A stretch of DNA of 60,684 nucleotides, the filler included, from Nemertoderma westbladi (lineage: Eukaryota > Animalia > Xenacoelomorpha), in NCBI GenBank assembly GCA_032718475.1. It is 2 parts of 2 records of this genome, joined end to end, with 100 filler letters (N's around TTAATTAATTAA, not from the genome) between each part and the next. Parts side by side here need not be neighbours in the genome. Positions count along the whole stretch, not along the records: positions 28,724 to 60,684 come from JAUCBJ010000057.1; 1 more part is not named here. One strand, given 5' to 3'. This document shows positions 55,242 to 60,684 of this stretch, in pieces. How positions within the stretch are numbered: position 1 is the first letter of the stretch; each line of letters opens with the position of its first letter. The position numbers and the translations under genes are program-made. The notes beneath the pieces are model-generated. The model ran no database searches. It worked only from the letters and a program-made list of their open reading frames with translations, and had not been told where the DNA came from.

Positions 55242-58200
55242 TTAGGGCGCGCATTCCAATAGGCAGCAGTTGCCTATTGGTCGCTTGTAGGTGCGCTTAG
55301 CTCCGCTGCCAAGGCTGACCTCGACGGAACGCACTCGGCCGTCTGCGCCTGGGTAGCAGCGCACGATCCTGGCCATGCACCAGTCTTTCTTGAGTAGGGT
55401 ATCATCGGTAACCAGTATGAGGTCGCCCGGTTTGAGGTCCCTCTGCTCCGTCCTCCACTTTCGTCGCTTGTGGAGAGTGGGTATGTATTCTTGTACCCAC
55501 CGACGTTGATACTCGTCCGCGAGCGCTTGTACCACCCGCCAGGACTTGCGTGAATAGAGTTCATTAGGGTCCCACTCCCCCCGTCGCATCATCTGAGCTG
55601 GTCGTCGCAACAGTAGATGGTTGGGTGTGAGAACCTCGAGTGACATTGGGTCGTCATTGAGCGCGCAGAGTGGTCTACTGTTCATAATTTGTTCGCCCTC
55701 TGCAAAGACAGTGCGGAGCACATCCTCCGTGACGATGTGCCCTCTGAGTAGTGCCAGCATCAGGCGTTTGGAACTTCCAATGAGACGTTCCCAAACTCCG
55801 GCGGTGTGTGGTGCATAGGGCGTAGTGTGTACCCAGTCCACACCTTCGCGGCGCATTGCGAGAGCCACTTCCTTGGCATTGAAGGTACACCTGGCTTCTT
55901 TGAGCTCCGCCTCTGCACCGATGAAATTTCCCCCATTATCGGAAGCCTTGATCTTTCCACATCGATTGATGAAGCGTCGAAGGGCGTTGATGAAAGCGCT
56001 GGCCGAGGCGTCGACTGCAAGTTCCAAGGCGATGGCTCGGGTATTGTAGCAAACAAAAATGATGCCGTACGATTTCCGCTGCTGTCGATAAACCTTTACC
56101 ACTATCGGCCCGAACATATCAGTTCCTGTATAGGTAAATGGTGGTTCATACTCTATTGTTCGTTCGGGTGGAAGCGGCGCCATCACTTGGGTTACTCGTT
56201 CTTTCCGCACTAAACGGCAGGTAGAACAAGAGTTTATAGTCTGTTTGATTGATCGGCGCACCGCTGGAATCCAGTACGTGCGTCTCACGTAAGCGAGAGT
56301 TGCGTCAGTACCCCCATGCATCACCCGCTGGTGACTATCGTTGATGATCTGCTGCGTCACTGGGCTCTGCCGCGGTAGTATTACGGGCTTGCTTGGAATT
56401 ATCTGACATCCTGCCCGTCGTACTCGTGAGTCCATGACCAGGACTCCTTCCTGGTTTAGTGTTGGTGACAACGATTTGATTAGGCTATCCATTGGAATGG
56501 GTTTCCCAGATGCTAACCGTCCTATCTCCTGTGTGTATGCCAGTCGCTGGACATACTTAATGACAGCCACCTTGGCTCCCTTCCAGTCTATAATGGGCTT
56601 GTCTCCAGTACGCCCTTGTCTGATATAGACGAACCAGGCCCTGAAGTAGGCTGCCAGCTTCACAGTCTTATACCATGAAGAGCTATGACTCAAGAGTTTA
56701 TCTGTTGGTGTCATCAGTGTACTAGTAGTAGCGAAGCACACGGTCTCCACCTTGACCTCTGGATCTTCTGGGTCTAACTTGGGAGATTGACCTTTGTCCG
56801 GGAATTCCGGCCACTTCCCCTCATCACGGAGAAAAGAGGGTCCATGCTGCCAGAGCGTCTCCAATGGGGAATGGGACTTTGATGGGACTTTGAGGGTTCC
56901 CCGGGACACTAGGTCAGCCGGGTTCTGGTCTGTCGGGCAGAAGTGCCACTTATTAAGGTTGGTCGTGGCACGTATCTCGTCCACTCTATGAGCAACGAAA
57001 ACTTTGAATCTTCGTGATTCATTTTGAATGTAGCGAAGCACAACAGTGGAATCCGTCCAATACTCTACTTCTCGCTCATTCTTAAGAGCTTTTCGTACTT
57101 GTTGAGCTGCGCGTGTGGCCAGAAGTGCAGCCATCAGCTCTAATCGCAGGATTGTCACTAGTTTTAGTGGAGCAGTTCTGGCCTTACTGAAGATCAGACG
57201 TGGTTGCAGGTTGTTCTCTCCTCCTTGAACCACGTATATCACGGCCCCATATCCCTTAGTCGATGCATCTGAGAAGGCATGCAGGACCACTTCGGACATA
57301 TTCCCATCCGAGAAGTATGGTCGCGGTATACTTAGCCTTCTAGTGTCCTTGAGAACTTCGAGCCAAGCTCTCCACTTGATTTTGAGCTGTTCTGGGAGTT
57401 CCTCATCCCATCTGAACTTCCCCAGATATGCTTCGCGAAGGATATGCCTTCCCACCACCAGGTTAGGTGATGCTAACCCTATGGGGTCATACATCCTCGC
57501 GATGTATGATAGGTAATTCCGTAATGTATGCTTTGTCATAGCTGTCTCGTTGAAGATATACACGAGATTATCGTTGATCCTATCCCATGAAATCCCAAGC
57601 ACTCTGGCCTCAGGCTCTGCCGAAGCCTCCGTCAATATCCGGTTGACTTCCCCTGAGGCTGCGTCTGGCTGGCTCCTACCCTCCGCTAGAGGTTGTAGGC
57701 TTATAGGAGCCATGTTCTCACTTTGTTTGAGAAGGCCTGTGGATTTATCCTCTGGGGCCATCTCGGCGTCAAATTCGGGACAATTCGACTTGAACTGCCT
57801 CAGCCAGAATCCTCCCCGCCGTAGAATCTCTACCGCTTCCTTCGCTAGGCTGAGGATTTGTTCAGTCGAGTTGGCTGATTGCAGACCATCGTCTACATAG
57901 AAGTTCTCCCTAATCATGCGGATTACCTCTTGTGAGAATTCGATGAGAACATTCTTGTCAAAGGTGGTTTGCCGTAGTTTATCTGTGGCGATGAACGGCG
58001 AACACTTGGCGCCAAAGATGTGGACCAACATCTTGAATTTCTTTGGCACCTCGTTCGGGTTATCGCTGTCGTGCCAGAGGAATCGGAGGCTATCGCTGTC
58101 CTCCTGATAGACCCGAACTTGGTGGAACATGGCCTCCACATCGCATGTGAAGGCCTTGGTTCCCTCTCTGAACCTCATGAGCACATCTGCTCCTGTATTA

Positions 58201-60632
58201 TAAATGTTGGGCCCCTCATGGAGATAGTCGTTCAGCGACTTCCCATGGTATTTGGCTGCAGCGTCGTTAACCAACCGGAGTTTATTGTTCTTCTTCACAT
58301 CTACGGCGACATGAAGGGGTAAGTAATAGGTTCGAGTGGTATTGGGTTCCTGGTTCGCTAGCTGGACTGCCCACCCTCGATCTAGATACTTCTGAATGGT
58401 TCGATGAACAAACTGTTTCTTTCGCTCATCTCGGTTGAGCGTTACCTTGAATTTGCGTAGGCGCTCTACTGCCATGGATTCATTGTTAGGTAACTGCCCA
58501 TTCGGGTCTTTCCACAGCATTCTTGCTGTGTAGTGGCCATCTCGAAAGATGGTTGAATTTGTTAGTGCCTTGGTTGCTCTAACGTCCTCCTGGGATTGGC
58601 CAAGCGTCGGTTCATACAACCCTTCGCTATCCAGGTTGAAGAGGGTTGCTAGGTCTTGTGCCACCGTAGTGCCACTTGAGATCCCAGCTGTGTCAGTTGG
58701 GGTATAAGTGAGTTCATGGGATGTGATTGGTCTAGCTGGGCCCGGTTTTACTGATTTAATGATGTGGTTAGCAGTAACAGCCTCTGTCGGGTTTGATATA
58801 GACGGTACCTTAGCCACCTTGCCAAGTAATACCCAACCCAGGGGTGTTCGTACAGCCTGGGGCTGATTTCTACCCGGACCCTGAACTATCTCCAGCTCTG
58901 CATGTACCGGGAGACAGCACATCCCCAGCACCATGGTGACATATGGAAGATCCAATGGCGGAAGAGAGAAGTCGATGCCGTCCAGGTATGAGTACTGGGC
59001 TATCTCCTCCGTTGTTGCTCTTTCGGCGGGAACGTTTACCTCGTCTATCACACGTACTGCTGGGCACTTAATTGAGAACTCAGGCCCTGGCATAATAGAA
59101 CTAACTGTACATTCCCCAACCGGCATGTTTATCTCCTGGTTCTTTAATGCAATAGTGCTTATATGCACGGTCTCTGGCTGTGTTGCAATATGCAACTGTT
59201 TCCGAACGACTTCACCTTGGATGTCGATTCCAGCACCGTTATCGACTAGTGCTAGGGTTGTCAGTGACCGTTTCCTCGATCCTGTCACTCTAACAGGAAG
59301 TATCTTAAGATACGTTGTCTCTCCATAATATCGATCCTGGAGAGATAAAGTGTTTATCACGCCTGTAGCCCCGGATTCAGCAGATTTCCCAGACTTTGCA
59401 GGCGCATAGGGACAGTTCGTTGAAAAGTGGCCTGTGGTCACACAATGCTTGCATGTACCATGACGCTTGTGGTAATTCCACTTGTCCTGTTGGCTTTGTG
59501 CTTGCCACACCCTGCAAGTTCTAGTAGGGTGACCTTTGTTTCTGAAATGGATCTGGCAGTCCACCTCGTCGCTGTAACCTAAGGTTCCTATGTCCCAGTA
59601 AGGTGTAAATGGAGTAAACCGCTCCGATTGTTTATATGTCGAATTTCGAGAAGTGCCCTCCGGAGGTGCCACTGGTGGTTGGTGCCTTTTTGCTGGCACC
59701 GAGGGTGACTTCGATCTTGACACAGGATCCCTACTGGACCTTTCATTTTCTGCCAGATGAAAAACACCTGTGGCATTTTTGCGTGGCAGCGGATAAGCAG
59801 GGCTATTCATTTTGTCTCTATTTGTGGTTGCGGGAAGTTCTTTAGATTTTCCTCCAGTTTTAGGAATGTTGAAGTTATCTTCCCCATATATGGGGTCTGT
59901 CATAATCTCTGCCTGGAAGGTAAGGAAGGTGGACAGGTCTGCAAAATCTGGTTCCCTGTCCTTTTCCTCGCGTAGGACATATGCCTTCTTGCGCCATAGG
60001 CTGCGCATCCATACTGGTAAGGTTTCCACTATGGATGTCATATTGGATGTGGAGCTAAGTTCAGCTGGTCGCCCCAATGTGCGCAGCACAACAAGAGCCT
60101 TTTTGACCTTTGCAGCAAAGGCCTTTAATTCTTTAGGCTTTTGCAAGGATGTATTTGCAGTTAAGGTACGTATGGTGTTTCGAATAATACGTGCAGGATG
60201 CCCATATTCACTATCTAGGGCTGCCCACGCCTCTGCGAAGCCTCCTTCCATGCCCAGAAATGGCCTAACAATGTCGCTAGCTTCTCCCTCTACATAGGAC
60301 TGAAGATGAGTTAGACATCGAGTTGTAGTTAGACCCCTAGACATGACTTCCTCGTTGAACATGCTCCTGAATTGTACATACTCTTCAGGCTTTGTCCCAT
60401 CAAATGTAAAGGGTTTGATGGGAGGCAATTCTAAACGCACCCTGAGTGCATCCACCACTGCACTCATTCCCCCTGTAGGGTCTGTGCTGCTGACATGTTC
60501 TGGTATTGTTGGTGGTGAAGTAGTCTGTCCAATAGAGCCACTGGCAGGTCCTGATGTGACACCATCCCTATGGGAAGACCCTTCACCAATATTTGGTCTA
60601 TACATTCCTAGGCCCCCTGGGCCCCTTGCCAT
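55242..60632 (-). CDS. BEL/Pao gag-pol polyprotein (>=1796 aa; may extend beyond the window)
   Basis: FDGTKPEEY, LDSEYGHP, CKHCVTTGHFSTNC, protease LVDNGA, YYLPLH, HIFGAKCSPF, FYVDDG, FSDASTKGYGA, RLELMAA, NPADLVSRG, GTDMFGP, SDNGGNF, WERLIG, DGRVRSVEV. Confidence 0.95.
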   Translation of the reverse strand: MARGPGGLGMYRPNIGEGSSHRDGVTSGPASGSIGQTTSPPTIPEHVSSTDPTGGMSAVVDALRVRLELPPIKPFTFDGTKPEEYVQFRSMFNEEVMSRGLTTTRCLTHLQSYVEGEASDIVRPFLGMEGGFAEAWAALDSEYGHPARIIRNTIRTLTANTSLQKPKELKAFAAKVKKALVVLRTLGRPAELSSTSNMTSIVETLPVWMRSLWRKKAYVLREEKDREPDFADLSTFLTFQAEIMTDPIYGEDNFNIPKTGGKSKELPATTNRDKMNSPAYPLPRKNATGVFHLAENERSSRDPVSRSKSPSVPAKRHQPPVAPPEGTSRNSTYKQSERFTPFTPYWDIGTLGYSDEVDCQIHFRNKGHPTRTCRVWQAQSQQDKWNYHKRHGTCKHCVTTGHFSTNCPYAPAKSGKSAESGATGVINTLSLQDRYYGETTYLKILPVRVTGSRKRSLTTLALVDNGAGIDIQGEVVRKQLHIATQPETVHISTIALKNQEINMPVGECTVSSIMPGPEFSIKCPAVRVIDEVNVPAERATTEEIAQYSYLDGIDFSLPPLDLPYVTMVLGMCCLPVHAELEIVQGPGRNQPQAVRTPLGWVLLGKVAKVPSISNPTEAVTANHIIKSVKPGPARPITSHELTYTPTDTAGISSGTTVAQDLATLFNLDSEGLYEPTLGQSQEDVRATKALTNSTIFRDGHYTARMLWKDPNGQLPNNESMAVERLRKFKVTLNRDERKKQFVHRTIQKYLDRGWAVQLANQEPNTTRTYYLPLHVAVDVKKNNKLRLVNDAAAKYHGKSLNDYLHEGPNIYNTGADVLMRFREGTKAFTCDVEAMFHQVRVYQEDSDSLRFLWHDSDNPNEVPKKFKMLVHIFGAKCSPFIATDKLRQTTFDKNVLIEFSQEVIRMIRENFYVDDGLQSANSTEQILSLAKEAVEILRRGGFWLRQFKSNCPEFDAEMAPEDKSTGLLKQSENMAPISLQPLAEGRSQPDAASGEVNRILTEASAEPEARVLGISWDRINDNLVYIFNETAMTKHTLRNYLSYIARMYDPIGLASPNLVVGRHILREAYLGKFRWDEELPEQLKIKWRAWLEVLKDTRRLSIPRPYFSDGNMSEVVLHAFSDASTKGYGAVIYVVQGGENNLQPRLIFSKARTAPLKLVTILRLELMAALLATRAAQQVRKALKNEREVEYWTDSTVVLRYIQNESRRFKVFVAHRVDEIRATTNLNKWHFCPTDQNPADLVSRGTLKVPSKSHSPLETLWQHGPSFLRDEGKWPEFPDKGQSPKLDPEDPEVKVETVCFATTSTLMTPTDKLLSHSSSWYKTVKLAAYFRAWFVYIRQGRTGDKPIIDWKGAKVAVIKYVQRLAYTQEIGRLASGKPIPMDSLIKSLSPTLNQEGVLVMDSRVRRAGCQIIPSKPVILPRQSPVTQQIINDSHQRVMHGGTDATLAYVRRTYWIPAVRRSIKQTINSCSTCRLVRKERVTQVMAPLPPERTIEYEPPFTYTGTDMFGPIVVKVYRQQRKSYGIIFVCYNTRAIALELAVDASASAFINALRRFINRCGKIKASDNGGNFIGAEAELKEARCTFNAKEVALAMRREGVDWVHTTPYAPHTAGVWERLIGSSKRLMLALLRGHIVTEDVLRTVFAEGEQIMNSRPLCALNDDPMSLEVLTPNHLLLRRPAQMMRRGEWDPNELYSRKSWRVVQALADEYQRRWVQEYIPTLHKRRKWRTEQRDLKPGDLILVTDDTLLKKDWCMARIVRCYPGADGRVRSVEVSLGSGAKRTYKRPIGNCCLLECAP

Positions 60633-60684
60633 GTCCTTACCCCCCCCAACATTATTATATGCAGGTTTATCAGTTTCCCTACTG

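Larger units (their letters stand above)
52372..60684 (-). mobile_element. BEL/Pao LTR retrotransposon 2 (5' end outside window)
   Basis: Uninterrupted gag-pol ORF, stem-loop array after pol, ~2.2-kb 3' region, PPT and candidate 3' LTR. Confidence 0.85.

Overview
Eukaryotic (probably invertebrate animal) AT-rich genomic window. The first ~11 kb holds two intron-free housekeeping ORFs on the minus strand: UDP-glucose 4-epimerase (GALE) and an ATP11-class P4-ATPase lipid flippase. The remaining ~50 kb is a nest of transposable elements. These include a ~6 kb spacer-less palindrome whose left arm carries two later insertions (a hAT-type MITE and a deleted pogo element), an intact pogo DD35D element inside a long-TIR element, two related BEL/Pao LTR retrotransposons, a CACTA/CMC-like element inserted at the edge of an LTR, and a CRE-clade RLE retrotransposon inserted in the TIR of a Mutator-like element. 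A 100-bp assembly gap with an artificial linker lies at 28624-28723. The most interesting candidate system is BEL/Pao element 1. Downstream of pol, where env would sit, it has an intact 848-aa ORF that looks like a DEDDy 3'-5' exonuclease fused to three CCHC zinc knuckles, preceded by 16 short stem-loops. The second BEL/Pao element has a different-sequence stem-loop array in the same position. All protein assignments are from motif recognition by eye; no database searches were run.
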